A stretch of 64,000 bases of DNA, taken from IMG/VR virus record IMGVR_UViG_3300020109_000011, positions 22,484 to 86,483 of that record; one strand, given 5' to 3'. Shown here piece after piece: positions 9,617-19,451 of the stretch (position 1 is its first letter; each line of letters starts with the position of its first letter). The DNA is from a virus. A model generated the notes under the pieces. It had not been told where the DNA came from, made no database searches, and saw only the letters and a program-made list of their open reading frames with translations. The translations under genes were made by a program, and so were the position numbers.

Positions 9617-10090
9617 ATGCCCCGCAAGAGCTTCCGGGTGGCCATCGCGGCCGAGCCGATCAGCTTCGACCTCCAGGGTGCCCTGAGCACCCAGAACTTC
9701 CACTGCCGGGACCGGATGTCGGCCGGGACCCTGATGAAGTTCGCCGAGACCTTCGCCAACCTGGAGGACGGGGACGAGAACCCCTCCTCGGCCAAGCAGG
9801 GCGCCGCCGCCATCCCGGCGCTGCGGGACTTCTTCAACTCGGCCCTGATGCCCGAGGGCAGGCCCCGCTTCTGGGCCATGATCAACTCCGACGACGAGGG
9901 CATCCCGATGGACACCCTCGTGGAGATCGCGGGCTGGCTCGCGGAGGTGTACGCCGGGGACCGCCCTACTGGGCCGACCTCGTCCGGTACGTCGGGGGCG
10001 ACATCCACTGGCGACGCTTCTCTGGGTTCGCAGGAGCAGCCGGACACGCAGACGTACTCGCGGCCGGAGCTGACTTCGTCTTCGACCTGA
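9617..10090 (+). CDS. Tail assembly chaperone
   Basis: Directly upstream of the tape measure gene; WL.E.Y..RPT motif followed by a Ser/Thr tail. Confidence 0.75.
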   Translation: MPRKSFRVAIAAEPISFDLQGALSTQNFHCRDRMSAGTLMKFAETFANLEDGDENPSSAKQGAAAIPALRDFFNSALMPEGRPRFWAMINSDDEGIPMDTLVEIAGWLAEVYAGDRPTGPTSSGTSGATSTGDASLGSQEQPDTQTYSRPELTSSST

Positions 10091-10248
10091 TCGAGCACTG
10101 GATGGAGGAGCGCGCCATCGAGGAGAAGGCCATCGGGGAGGCCCGGGACCGGGTCCGCTCCCAGCTGCACCGGGCCGAGAAGGTCCACCAGCAGCTGCAC
10201 AGCGACGAGGACATCAGCGACATCCCGCCCCACATGCTCGGCAGGTAA
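9964..10248 (+). CDS. -1 frame extension of tail assembly chaperone (probable programmed frameshift product)
   Basis: The -1 frame is open from CCC TAC (9964) to TAA 10248: PYWADLVRYVGGDIHWRRFSGF...DFVFDLIEHWMEERAIEE...LGR. Confidence 0.55.
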   Translation, partial: PYWADLVRYVGGDIHWRRFSGFAGAAGHADVLAAGADFVFDLIEHWMEERAIEEKAIGEARDRVRSQLHRAEKVHQQLHSDEDISDIPPHMLGR

Positions 10249-10320
10249 CCGCAGGTCAGGGCCGGTTGACACGGACCGCCCGGACAGGAATGGACGTTCA
10301 GGAGAGGAGGCAAGTCGCCG

Positions 10321-13300
10321 ATGGCCATCGTGGGCACTGCGTTCGTCCGGCTGCGGGTCATCGGCGACAAGCTGAAGAACGACATCTCCCAGGCGACCAA
10401 GGACGCCATCCAGGACGCCTCGCCCGACCTCAACGAGGCCGGGCGGGACGCCGGGCGTGATGTCGGCGATGGGATGGGCGATGGTGTCGAGGAGAGCACC
10501 GACCGCGACATGCCCCGCCGGGGCCAGCGCATCGCCCAGCGGATCAGCGAGGCGATGGCCAAGGCGCTGGCCCCGCTCATCCGGACCAAGGTGGGCGGGG
10601 CCTTCGCCCGGGGCTTCGACCGGATCAGCGACAGCCTGGGCGACCTCGGCAGCCGGGTCTCACCGGTCTTCGAGGGCTTCGGTGACCGGTGGGCCAAGGC
10701 CAGCGCGTTCAAGTTCAAGGGGATCTTCGGGAAGCTGCTGTCCAGCGCCGTAGGCCTGGCCGTGCTCGCGCTCCCGTCCATCCTGTCCTTCATCGGCGTG
10801 GCCATCGGCTCGGTCGTGGCCACGTCGATCACGGCCATCGCAGCGCTGGGCCCGGCCTTCGCCGGGGCCGGGATCGCGGGCGTCGCCGCCTTCTCGGCCG
10901 TGATGATCTCCACCAAGCTGCTGGGCCTGGCCATGAAGTACCCGTCAGACCAACTGACGGACTTCCAGGAGCGCGCGGAACGCTTCCGGGGCACCATCGC
11001 CCGGCCGATCCAGGCGGGGCTGCTGTCGGGCCTCAACGCGGCCATGCGCATCGCCCAGCCCGTGGTGAACGCCCTCCAGCCGCAGCTGACCCGGCTGGGC
11101 ATGGCGGCCGGGGACGTGGCCATCGGCTTCGCCGACGCCATGCGTCAGGGCGCCAACATGGAGCGCCTGGGCCGGATCCTGGACACGAACAACCAGTTCA
11201 TCACCGACGCAGGCGGTGGCATCAGCAAGCTGGGCCAGGCCTTCGTCATCGTGCTGGACGCCCTGCGGCCGATCACCACCGAGATCGGGCAGATGATCGG
11301 CCAGCTGGGGGACTTCGCCCTGCGCTCGGCCGAGGCCGGGTCGGCCAGCGGCGGGTTGGCAGCCGGGGTCGAGCGCTACTGGCGGGCCTTCACCTACTTC
11401 GTCGGCATCCTGGTGGACTACGCCAAGGGCATCGGCAACATCTTCAGCGCGGCCAGCCAGGCCAGCGGCGGGATGCTCCAGAACCTCCAGGCCAACGCGG
11501 ACGCCTTCAACCGCTGGACCGGGGACCCGGCCAACCAGGAGCGGATGGTCGGCTTCTTCGAGCGGATGCGCACCGCCGCAGGTCAGGTCTTCGACCTGCT
11601 CCAGCGCATCGGCGGGGCCTCCATCCGGGGCCTGGAGGGCACGAACATCGAGCGCTTCACGGGCGCCATCGAGGGCCTGATTGCGATGGGCGCGCCCATC
11701 GCCACGATGTTCTCGCAGATCAAGGAGGCGGCCGGGCCGTCCCTCCAGAACGCGCTCAACAACTTCACCACGATGATGGTCCACCTGGCCGAGTCCGGCG
11801 TGCTCACCGTCGTGGCCGACGCCCTGAGCATGGTCTTCGAGGCCATCTCGATGCTGCTGGCCATCCCGGGCATCGGTCAGCTGCTGGCGCTGGCCGCCGG
11901 GGCGCTGGCCATCTTCAAGGCCCTGAGCCTGCTGTGGACCCTGCTCGGGCCCGTCGTGCGGATCCTGATCCTGCTGGTGCAGGTCGTCGGTGGCGCGCTG
12001 GTCGCGGCCTTCGGCTGGATCCCGGTGATTATCGGCCTGGTCGTCGCGGCGCTGATCTGGTTCTTCACCCAGACCGAGATCGGCCGACAGATCATCGAGG
12101 CGGTCTGGAACGCCATCGTGGCGGCCTTCAACTGGGCCAAGGACGCGATCATGACCGCGCTGGAGGCGGTCTGGGGCTTCCTCCAGGAGACCTGGGACGT
12201 GATCTCCACGGTGGCGCAGGCCATCTGGGGGGTCGTGTCAACCGTCTTCGGCGCGATCCGGGACTTCTTCGTCACGGTCTTCACGGCCATCTGGAACGTG
12301 GTCTCGACCTACTTCAACATCGTCTGGACCGTCGTCAGCACGGTGATGAACGCGATCTGGACCGTGATCAGCACGATCCTGAACGTGATCTGGGTGATCT
12401 ACCGGACGATCATCATGACCATCGTCGCCTTCGTGGTGGCCTACTTCCAGCTGATGTGGGGCGTGATCTCCACGGTCATGCAGGCCATCTGGCTGGTCAT
12501 CAGCACCATCTGGGAGGCCATCTGGGGCTTCCTGGAGCCGATCATCTCGGCCATCTGGGAGTTCATCGTCGGGGCCTGGGAGGCCATCTCCGGAGCCATC
12601 AGCACGGCGATGGAGTTCGTGTGGGGCGTCATCTCCGGGGTCTGGAACCGGATCTGGGGCTTCATCAGCGGGATCCTCGGAGCCATCGGCGGCTTCATCT
12701 CCAGCGTGTGGAGCAGCGTCGCGGACTCGGTCGGCGGCTTCGTCTCCCGGATCTGGGAGCGGGTGCGCGACGGCTTCAACACCGTGGTGGACTTCATCCG
12801 GGGCATCCCGGGCCGGGTGATCGGGCTGGCCGGGGACTTCCTGTCGGCCGGTGGCCGGATCATCTCCGGGCTCATGGACGGCATCGCCGAGGGGATCAAC
12901 GCCGCCGGGGACTTCGCGCGGTCGGTGGTCAACCGCATCATCGACTTCCTGAACTCGGCCTTCATCGACGGTCTGAACGACCTACTGGAGTTCACCATCC
13001 CGGTGCCCGGCCTCCCGGACATCAACATCAACCCACCGGACATCCCACGCATCCCCCGCCTGGCCAAGGGCGGCACCATCTCCCCGACGACGGGCGGCAC
13101 GCTGGCGCTCATCGCCGAGGCCGGGCGCTCCGAGCGTGTCGAGCCGCTGGACCCCCAGGGCCTGTCCCGGCGCGACCGCGCGATGATCGACCTGCTGGCG
13201 GGCAGCGCTGGCGCGGGTGCGAACGTGCAGGTCTACATCGGCACGCGCGAGCTCACCGAGCTCGTGGACTTCGTGGTCGAGGACCGCGAGGAGCGGCTGG

Positions 13301-13332
13301 CCGACCGCATCCTGACCGGGACGAAGGGGTAG
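10321..13332 (+). CDS. Tape measure protein
   Basis: 1003 aa, Ala/Gly-rich helical, Trp-periodic repeats, C-terminal IPRLAKGG...EAG..E motif. Confidence 0.92.
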   Translation: MAIVGTAFVRLRVIGDKLKNDISQATKDAIQDASPDLNEAGRDAGRDVGDGMGDGVEESTDRDMPRRGQRIAQRISEAMAKALAPLIRTKVGGAFARGFDRISDSLGDLGSRVSPVFEGFGDRWAKASAFKFKGIFGKLLSSAVGLAVLALPSILSFIGVAIGSVVATSITAIAALGPAFAGAGIAGVAAFSAVMISTKLLGLAMKYPSDQLTDFQERAERFRGTIARPIQAGLLSGLNAAMRIAQPVVNALQPQLTRLGMAAGDVAIGFADAMRQGANMERLGRILDTNNQFITDAGGGISKLGQAFVIVLDALRPITTEIGQMIGQLGDFALRSAEAGSASGGLAAGVERYWRAFTYFVGILVDYAKGIGNIFSAASQASGGMLQNLQANADAFNRWTGDPANQERMVGFFERMRTAAGQVFDLLQRIGGASIRGLEGTNIERFTGAIEGLIAMGAPIATMFSQIKEAAGPSLQNALNNFTTMMVHLAESGVLTVVADALSMVFEAISMLLAIPGIGQLLALAAGALAIFKALSLLWTLLGPVVRILILLVQVVGGALVAAFGWIPVIIGLVVAALIWFFTQTEIGRQIIEAVWNAIVAAFNWAKDAIMTALEAVWGFLQETWDVISTVAQAIWGVVSTVFGAIRDFFVTVFTAIWNVVSTYFNIVWTVVSTVMNAIWTVISTILNVIWVIYRTIIMTIVAFVVAYFQLMWGVISTVMQAIWLVISTIWEAIWGFLEPIISAIWEFIVGAWEAISGAISTAMEFVWGVISGVWNRIWGFISGILGAIGGFISSVWSSVADSVGGFVSRIWERVRDGFNTVVDFIRGIPGRVIGLAGDFLSAGGRIISGLMDGIAEGINAAGDFARSVVNRIIDFLNSAFIDGLNDLLEFTIPVPGLPDININPPDIPRIPRLAKGGTISPTTGGTLALIAEAGRSERVEPLDPQGLSRRDRAMIDLLAGSAGAGANVQVYIGTRELTELVDFVVEDREERLADRILTGTKG

Positions 13333-13335
13333 CGC

Positions 13336-15555
13336 GTGGCCAAGGCCCTGACCGCCCAGCCGGACGTGATGCGCGGCCTGGTCCGCCTCGCGGCCCAGGG
13401 GGCGCCTCCGGGTGCGGGCATCATCACCCGTCGCACCGGGCGCCAGGTGGACACCATCCGGGGCGGCGTCTTCCCCATCACCGGGACCGGCGGCACGATC
13501 ATCACCGACGCCGAGGCCCACTTCGGCAACGAGCTCGTGTACCGCCTGGTTGACACGCCGACCGACCGGTACATCGGCAGCAACCGGGTCCTGAACCCGA
13601 AGGCCGCCACCGGGGTGGCCAACGTGACCAGCGGCCCCAGCCGCACGGTGACCCGCGAGACGGATCCGCTGCTGGCGCCCCCGCGCGACGCGGTCACGTC
13701 CTTCAAGGTCGGCCCGCACCCGACCGCGCCCACCTGGTGGACCGTCGAGGACCGGCTGCTGCTCTCGATGCTGCCCAGCGGCTTCGGTCCCGGCCGCTGG
13801 TACGTCTCCGGCCAGCTGCGCTACGACAGCCCCGACATCTGGCTGTGGGACGACGCCAAGGCCGCAGGGTCCTGGCAGACGGTGAAGGACAAGGGCACCT
13901 GGCAGCAGGTCAAGGCGTCGAACTCGCCGCTGGCCGGGCAGCCCTTCGCCAGCCTGTTCGCCACCGTGCTGGGCCCGGCCAAGACCACCCAGGAGCGGCG
14001 CCGCAACCTGGCCACCGACCCGCGCGTGGTCAGCGCCAGCCTGTGGATGAACTACGCCGGGGTCGGCGGCGCGGTCACCGCCTCCAAGCCCACCAGTGGT
14101 GGCCCGACGGCCGGGCTGCCCAACTACCGGCGGCTCCAGTGGACGACGGCGCCGACCAGCCAGGGCGGGCTGGTCCTGCACAACGCCACGGGTGCTCGGT
14201 TCGTCACCGAGCCTGGCGGGAAGCTGACCATCGGCTGCTGGGTGCGCTCCAGCGTGGCCAAGAACCTGACCATCCGGGCGGACTACCGCAACGCGGCAGA
14301 CAGCGCCGGGGTCGGCTCGGCCGAGTCCGCTCCCATCGCGGTCGCCGCGAACACCTGGACCTGGATCAAGGCCACCCTGACCACCCCCGCCGGGGGCTAC
14401 CGGGCGGTCCCCACCGTCTACGACGCGCCTACCGCTGCACGCTGGGCGGTCGGGAACACCCTGGACGGTGCCGGGCTGTTGGTCGAGTCCGGCGAGACCA
14501 GCGGCGACTACTTCGACGCCACGGCGGCGGCAACGGGCCCGGTGACCTACGCCTGGGCGGGAACGGTGGACGCGAGCGCCAGCATCCAGAACGTCCTGGA
14601 CTACCCGACCCACGTGGTGCCCTTCCAGATCCTCGGCGTGCAGGCCGGGGACAACGGCGGCTGGGCGACCTTCCAGGGCGTCGTGGAGGTCCCTGCGGGT
14701 ACCCCGGCCAACTCCCGGCTGGCCTTCCTGTCCGGGAAGGTCACGCGCGAGGCCACGGTCACCTGGTGGCTGTCCACGTTCATGGCCTGCCCCGAGGCCG
14801 AGGCCCTGCACGGCGGCGCGATCCTGCCCTACTTCGACGGGGACACGCCGATCAACTCCATCGGCCGCGACCCCGGGGACCGGCTGGCGCCCGGGTACGA
14901 CTGGCGAGCCCTGAGCGGCGACGCCGCGATCACCTGGCAGGGCACCCCGAACGCCAGCTGGAGCCAGTTCATCGGCCCCTCGCAGATCTTCGCCGAGGAC
15001 ACCACCTACATCGGGCGGCCCGACCGGCATCTGCTCCCCCGGGTCCGGATGCCGGTCTACCTGTCCGACCCGGTGGCTCCGCAGCTGGGGCAGTGGTTCG
15101 AGCTCATCGAGATGGGCGACCTGTCCTTCGCCGCACGCCAGCAGCTGTTCGACGTGCTCGGCCGGGGTGCGGCCATCGCTGTCAACCAGAAGCGCGGCTG
15201 GGCGACCGGCGAGCTCCAGCTGATGACCTACACCCTCTCCGAGGCCGAGATCGCGGAGCGGATGTTCGAGAGCGGCCGGATCCTCTACTGGCGCAACCCG
15301 GACCCGCGCTTCACCGAGAACGGCTGGTGGGTCGCCATCGGGAACATCACGCAGGGCCGCGTGGGCCCGCGTGCGGCCTTCCGGCCCGAGCGGCTGTGGC
15401 GGGTGCCCTTCGTGCGCGTCGAGCGTCCTGAGGGCCTGATCAACGCCTCCACCAGCATCGACTGGAACCTGGTGAAGAACAACTACACCTGGCAGCAGCT
15501 GCGCGACATGAAGAACGACTGGCTGGACGCGGCGCTCACGGGGCCCGGCGCATGA
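13336..15555 (+). CDS. Minor tail protein (distal-tail-like, with carbohydrate-binding-like insert)
   Basis: Follows TMP; RRNL..DP...W.W...T.T.PAG...GDYFD beta-rich insert. Confidence 0.7.
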   Translation: MAKALTAQPDVMRGLVRLAAQGAPPGAGIITRRTGRQVDTIRGGVFPITGTGGTIITDAEAHFGNELVYRLVDTPTDRYIGSNRVLNPKAATGVANVTSGPSRTVTRETDPLLAPPRDAVTSFKVGPHPTAPTWWTVEDRLLLSMLPSGFGPGRWYVSGQLRYDSPDIWLWDDAKAAGSWQTVKDKGTWQQVKASNSPLAGQPFASLFATVLGPAKTTQERRRNLATDPRVVSASLWMNYAGVGGAVTASKPTSGGPTAGLPNYRRLQWTTAPTSQGGLVLHNATGARFVTEPGGKLTIGCWVRSSVAKNLTIRADYRNAADSAGVGSAESAPIAVAANTWTWIKATLTTPAGGYRAVPTVYDAPTAARWAVGNTLDGAGLLVESGETSGDYFDATAAATGPVTYAWAGTVDASASIQNVLDYPTHVVPFQILGVQAGDNGGWATFQGVVEVPAGTPANSRLAFLSGKVTREATVTWWLSTFMACPEAEALHGGAILPYFDGDTPINSIGRDPGDRLAPGYDWRALSGDAAITWQGTPNASWSQFIGPSQIFAEDTTYIGRPDRHLLPRVRMPVYLSDPVAPQLGQWFELIEMGDLSFAARQQLFDVLGRGAAIAVNQKRGWATGELQLMTYTLSEAEIAERMFESGRILYWRNPDPRFTENGWWVAIGNITQGRVGPRAAFRPERLWRVPFVRVERPEGLINASTSIDWNLVKNNYTWQQLRDMKNDWLDAALTGPGA

Positions 15556-16646
15556 TCCCGCACAGCCAGCTGTTCGGGTCCGCCATGTCCTACTCGCGGA
15601 CGGTGTTCGCCGAGATGGACATCCTGAAGGGCGGCGTGGTCCTGGAGAACAACGTGCCGCTGACCGGCGGCTCGGTGTCAACCGACCGGACCCGCAACAC
15701 TCGGTACGAGGCCAGCGTCGAGATCGGCATGTACGACTGGGACAGCCTGCCGATCTCCTCGAAGGGCCACCGCATCCGGCTGTGGCACGGCGTGGAGAGC
15801 ATCGGCGTGCGCGAGCGCGTGCAGGTCGGCGAGTACCAGGTCTTCAGCTACCGCCGGAACGGCCGTGGGTCGGTGTCAACCACCCTGAAGGGCCTGGAGA
15901 ACTTCCTGATCGAGTCAGGCTTCATCCGGCCGCGCACCCCGCCCTACGGGCAGCCGATCATCACCGCGATCAGCGACCTGATCCACGAGGTGCTGCCCGA
16001 CGCCGAGGTGGTCAACCTGGCCTCCCAGAACGCCCTGGTGCGCTCCACCGGGGCCTGGGAGAAGGAGCGCTGGGACGAGGCCATCACCGCGATGGCGAAG
16101 GGCATCGACGCGGAGGTCTTCTGCGGGCACGACGGGCGCTTCTACATCGTGGACGCGCCCAACCTGGAGAACCTGGTCGGCCAGTACCAGATCGCGGGCG
16201 GCCAGGGCGGCGTGATGGTCACCGAGGACCGCTCGGACACCCGGGACCAGGTCTACAACGCCGTCAGCGTCTCGGCGAACTCCTCCGACCAGACGGTGCC
16301 CCCGCTGTGGGCCTGGGCCCGGGACAACGACCCGACCAGCCCGACGTACTTCTACGGCGACTACGGCCAGCGCGTCCGGTACTACTCCAGCCAGTTCTTC
16401 ACCACGACCTCCCAGTGCCAGGCCTACGCCGACCGGCTGCTGATCGAGTCCCTGGCGCCCAACCAGACCCTGTCCATCGGCTCGGCGCCGATCCCCTTCC
16501 TGGAGGCCGGTGACCCCATCCGGGTCATCTCCCAGCAGGGCGCGCCGGACGGCACCTTCCTGATCAACAAGACCGCGCTGCCGCTGGGCAACGCCGAGTG
16601 GTCCGCCGAGATGCTGACCGCTGGCGAGACGGTGGAGGCAGCCTGA
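15552..16646 (+). CDS. Minor tail protein (baseplate hub-like)
   Basis: GGSV..DR...R; YNAV.V...DP.SP..YG.YG....Y.S pattern; LEAGD motif. Confidence 0.75.
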   Translation: MIPHSQLFGSAMSYSRTVFAEMDILKGGVVLENNVPLTGGSVSTDRTRNTRYEASVEIGMYDWDSLPISSKGHRIRLWHGVESIGVRERVQVGEYQVFSYRRNGRGSVSTTLKGLENFLIESGFIRPRTPPYGQPIITAISDLIHEVLPDAEVVNLASQNALVRSTGAWEKERWDEAITAMAKGIDAEVFCGHDGRFYIVDAPNLENLVGQYQIAGGQGGVMVTEDRSDTRDQVYNAVSVSANSSDQTVPPLWAWARDNDPTSPTYFYGDYGQRVRYYSSQFFTTTSQCQAYADRLLIESLAPNQTLSIGSAPIPFLEAGDPIRVISQQGAPDGTFLINKTALPLGNAEWSAEMLTAGETVEAA

Positions 16647-17398
16647 TGCCCGACCTCGGCAACGCCCTGGAGGCACTGTTCTCCGGCGGCGACACGACCA
16701 TCTTCAAGGCCACCGTGGACGCATTCGACAGCTTCCAGGGCACCGTGGAGATCCACGTCAACGGGGGCAGCTTCACCGACGTGCCGGTGCTGGCCTCGGC
16801 CAACTACTGGGGCATCGACATCGGGGACCTGGTCTACGTGATCGGCAAGCAGGGCTGGGGGATGCTCTGCCTGGGCGAGGCCCTGCCCTCGGACCGGCCG
16901 CCCGTCGGGGACTCCAGCGTCTTCACCTGGGACCCCGCTGCGCTCGCGCGCTGGAACGCCAGCCCGGCCACCTGGACCGTGCCCGCCACTGACGAGGTGG
17001 TCCTGTCGGCCGCCGTCCCCGACCGCGCGGCGGTCTACTTCTTCAGCCCCAGCGACCTGACGGCGGCGGGCTGGCCCAACGACGCCGAGCTCGGCTCGTT
17101 GAGCTTCAAGCTGGGCGTCAAGAACCTGGTGCAGAACCCCGAGATGGCCGTGGACTACAGCTACGTGACCATCGGCCTGCACTCCTCGGCCAGCCCGGCG
17201 GGGACCTTCGCGCCGATGGCCAACCTGTCGGCCGAGTTCCGGGTCTGGATGAGCGGCAACAACGGCTACGTGACGGTCCCGCTGGACTGGTTCGCCCGGC
17301 TGATGAACGGCACGGCCAAGGGCATCTACGTGCGGCCCTCGGGCGGGCACGACCTCACCGTCTACGGCGATGGCGACCTGCGGGTCACCGCGCTGTGA
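16646..17398 (+). CDS. Minor tail protein
   Basis: TGATG-coupled to the hub gene; N-terminal OB-like V..LAS...GDLV.V segment. Confidence 0.6.
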   Translation: MPDLGNALEALFSGGDTTIFKATVDAFDSFQGTVEIHVNGGSFTDVPVLASANYWGIDIGDLVYVIGKQGWGMLCLGEALPSDRPPVGDSSVFTWDPAALARWNASPATWTVPATDEVVLSAAVPDRAAVYFFSPSDLTAAGWPNDAELGSLSFKLGVKNLVQNPEMAVDYSYVTIGLHSSASPAGTFAPMANLSAEFRVWMSGNNGYVTVPLDWFARLMNGTAKGIYVRPSGGHDLTVYGDGDLRVTAL

Positions 17399-17430
17399 CA
17401 CCCTGAACGCACCGTGACACGAAGGAGACC

Positions 17431-18216
17431 GTGGTGAAGCTGCTGGACGCCGCCGAGGTGGAGTGGGCCGCCCGAGGCAACTGGGAGCGCGGCTGGGACG
17501 GGGACACCCGGTCGTGCAGTGGGATCCACGTCTACCTGTCCGAGTGCGACCCGGATGTGACCGCCGACGTGATCAACACCGAGGGGACCGACTGCGGCTA
17601 CCGCGTCATCCCCTTCGGCATCGTGGCCACGATGGAGCGGACCGTCCGTGCGTCCAAGGACGACGACGACGAGTGGCTGGCCCGCACGCTGAAGGAGGCC
17701 GCCGAGATCCCGGTCTCGCGCGGCCTGCTGGTGCGCCAGGGCATGGGCAACGCGGTGGGGGAGACCTGGATCGGCAGCCCCGCCGGGCACGAGGTCCCCG
17801 CGCCCGTGCTCACCGACAACGCGGCCGTGGCCACGGCGGTCAGCGACGGCCGCCGGGAGTTCTTCCAGCGGACCCTGGGCCTCCAGCCGATCCTGCACGT
17901 CAACCCGGGCAACGCCCTGACGCTGAAGAACGCCGGGGTGCTCCAGCTGGACCCGACGACCGGCGACGACCGCACGGTCTGGGGCGACCCGGTGGTCATC
18001 TCCGAGGGCTACTACGACATCCCCGACCTGTCGGCGGTGCCGCTGGCCTTCTGGACCGGGCCGATCAAGATCAAGCTGTCCGATGTCAACCGCGAGGAGG
18101 TCGCGCGGGCCATCCGGCAGAACAAGGCCATGCACCAGGCCACGATGCTCGCGGCCATCGACTTCCTGCCCTGCTCCATCGTGCGCATCGGCCCCGCGCC
18201 TGCCCCGGAGGGGTGA
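17431..18216 (+). CDS. Probable major capsid pentamer protein
   Basis: WE.G...PF.I...ILHV...RT.WG.PVVI..GY...W.TGP pattern resembling pentamer proteins of cluster-B-like phages; AAGGAG RBS. Confidence 0.5.
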   Translation: MVKLLDAAEVEWAARGNWERGWDGDTRSCSGIHVYLSECDPDVTADVINTEGTDCGYRVIPFGIVATMERTVRASKDDDDEWLARTLKEAAEIPVSRGLLVRQGMGNAVGETWIGSPAGHEVPAPVLTDNAAVATAVSDGRREFFQRTLGLQPILHVNPGNALTLKNAGVLQLDPTTGDDRTVWGDPVVISEGYYDIPDLSAVPLAFWTGPIKIKLSDVNREEVARAIRQNKAMHQATMLAAIDFLPCSIVRIGPAPAPEG

Positions 18217-18228
18217 ACGGCCCCGGGC

Positions 18229-18259
18229 TGTTGAGTCCGACGGCTATTCTCAGACCATG
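18229..18259 (+). promoter_or_regulatory. Leaderless promoter variant TGTTGAGT-N8-TATTCT-N6-ATG
   Basis: Same geometry as the proximal box of the family promoters. Confidence 0.55.
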
Positions 18260-18556
18260 ACCGGCAAGATCGAGCTCCGTGAGCCCCCGCCCCGGGTCGC
18301 CACCGGGCGGCGGCCGATCATGCAGCTGGACGCCGCCATCCTGCGGGTCGCCACCGAGCACGCGCGGCGACCGGTGGAGATCGCGTCCTTCCTGCGGGAC
18401 AACGGCCACGCCGGGCTGACCACGCAGCGCGTCGCCAGCCGCCTGAAGGCCCTGGTGGCCCGTGGGCTGGCCGAGCGCATCAAGCCGGTCGGTGGGCCCG
18501 CCAACGGGCCAGGGACGAGCCTCTACAAGGCGGTGAAGCAGGACGGCGGTGGGTGA
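18257..18556 (+). CDS. Winged helix-turn-helix DNA-binding protein
   Basis: AILR......RPVEIA..L......TTQRVASRLKALVARGLAERI...LY pattern. Confidence 0.6.
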   Translation: MTGKIELREPPPRVATGRRPIMQLDAAILRVATEHARRPVEIASFLRDNGHAGLTTQRVASRLKALVARGLAERIKPVGGPANGPGTSLYKAVKQDGGG

Positions 18557-19073
18557 GGTCGGCCTGCGCCAGGTCCGGGACGGTGCGCGCGTGCTGCGCT
18601 TCCACGCCCGGGTCCTCGGTGCAGGCACCTCCCAGCGCGGGTCGGTGCCCCGCTGGTCGGAGCTCGTGGTCTACCAGCTGACCGACGGGACCTACCTGAT
18701 CTCGAAGATCGGGCGCTCCACCGTGGCCCACCGGCCGGACTGCCTGCGTGTCAACCACCGGATGGTCACCTGGGGGTCGGCCCAGTCCTCGGACGAGTTC
18801 ATCGGCCCCCGGAGCCCCTGCCCTGACTGCTGCCCCGACGTGGAGCACATGGCGGTCAGCACGCGGCTGGAGATCGACCGCTACCGGGCCATCGCCGCCC
18901 CGACAGCAGAGAGGGTCGCCCAGTCCCTCACCGGGGACCGGGCGACCCTCCTGATGCCTCAGCTGGTCAGCACCGTGCTCGCGCAGTGCGCTCAGGCGGA
19001 CCCGTGCTTCGCCAGGTACGCGGACGCGGCCATCGAGCCGAACCCCTTGGAGAAGACCACCCGCACCGGGTAG
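18549..19073 (+). CDS. Conserved actinophage hypothetical protein (Cys/His motif)
   Basis: RW.EL.VY....G.Y.....G.S...H...C...CP.C. Confidence 0.6.
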   Translation: MGEVGLRQVRDGARVLRFHARVLGAGTSQRGSVPRWSELVVYQLTDGTYLISKIGRSTVAHRPDCLRVNHRMVTWGSAQSSDEFIGPRSPCPDCCPDVEHMAVSTRLEIDRYRAIAAPTAERVAQSLTGDRATLLMPQLVSTVLAQCAQADPCFARYADAAIEPNPLEKTTRTG

Positions 19074-19375
19074 CCCGACCGGCCCGCGTGGTTGAAGACC
19101 TCGCGCACGGCCTCGGGCATGAGGTGCCCGGCCCGCTGGACGACCGTCCGCACCTCGGTGGGCTGGAGCAGGCCGCCCTGGTCCAGGACCGTGCACGCGG
19201 CGTCGCTGCTGGAGCTCCCAGGGGCCGCGCAGACGGCCTGGACCATGCTGGCCATGTCCGAGACGCTGACGCCGGTCCAGGGGGCGTTCTCCGGCGCCCA
19301 CAGCGTCCAGGCCGAGAAGTCGGCCGCCTTGCGCGTCTGGCTCTCCGGGTGGTCGGAGTAGATCTCGTAGCCCAT
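18992..19375 (-). CDS. Hypothetical protein
   Basis: GAGGAGG RBS before MGYEIY; 3' end overlaps the convergent gene. Confidence 0.55.
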   Translation of the reverse strand: MGYEIYSDHPESQTRKAADFSAWTLWAPENAPWTGVSVSDMASMVQAVCAAPGSSSSDAACTVLDQGGLLQPTEVRTVVQRAGHLMPEAVREVFNHAGRSGYPVRVVFSKGFGSMAASAYLAKHGSA

Positions 19376-19451
19376 GACGGCCTCCTCTCTGTGTGGTGAC
19401 ACAGTTGATAACGGCAAGAATAGTCCTCGACCTTAGCCGAGGGTTGGGAGT

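Noticed and set aside
12100-12800. ATCTGG-rich quasi-repeats in the tape measure gene
   Set aside because: Ordinary Trp-periodic tape measure repeats.
10689-15681. Very long alternative-frame and antisense ORFs (e.g. 954 aa, 899 aa, and many similar elsewhere)
   Set aside because: Arg/Gly/Pro-rich shadow ORFs expected from high GC3 and scarce stop codons; they overlap well-supported genes.
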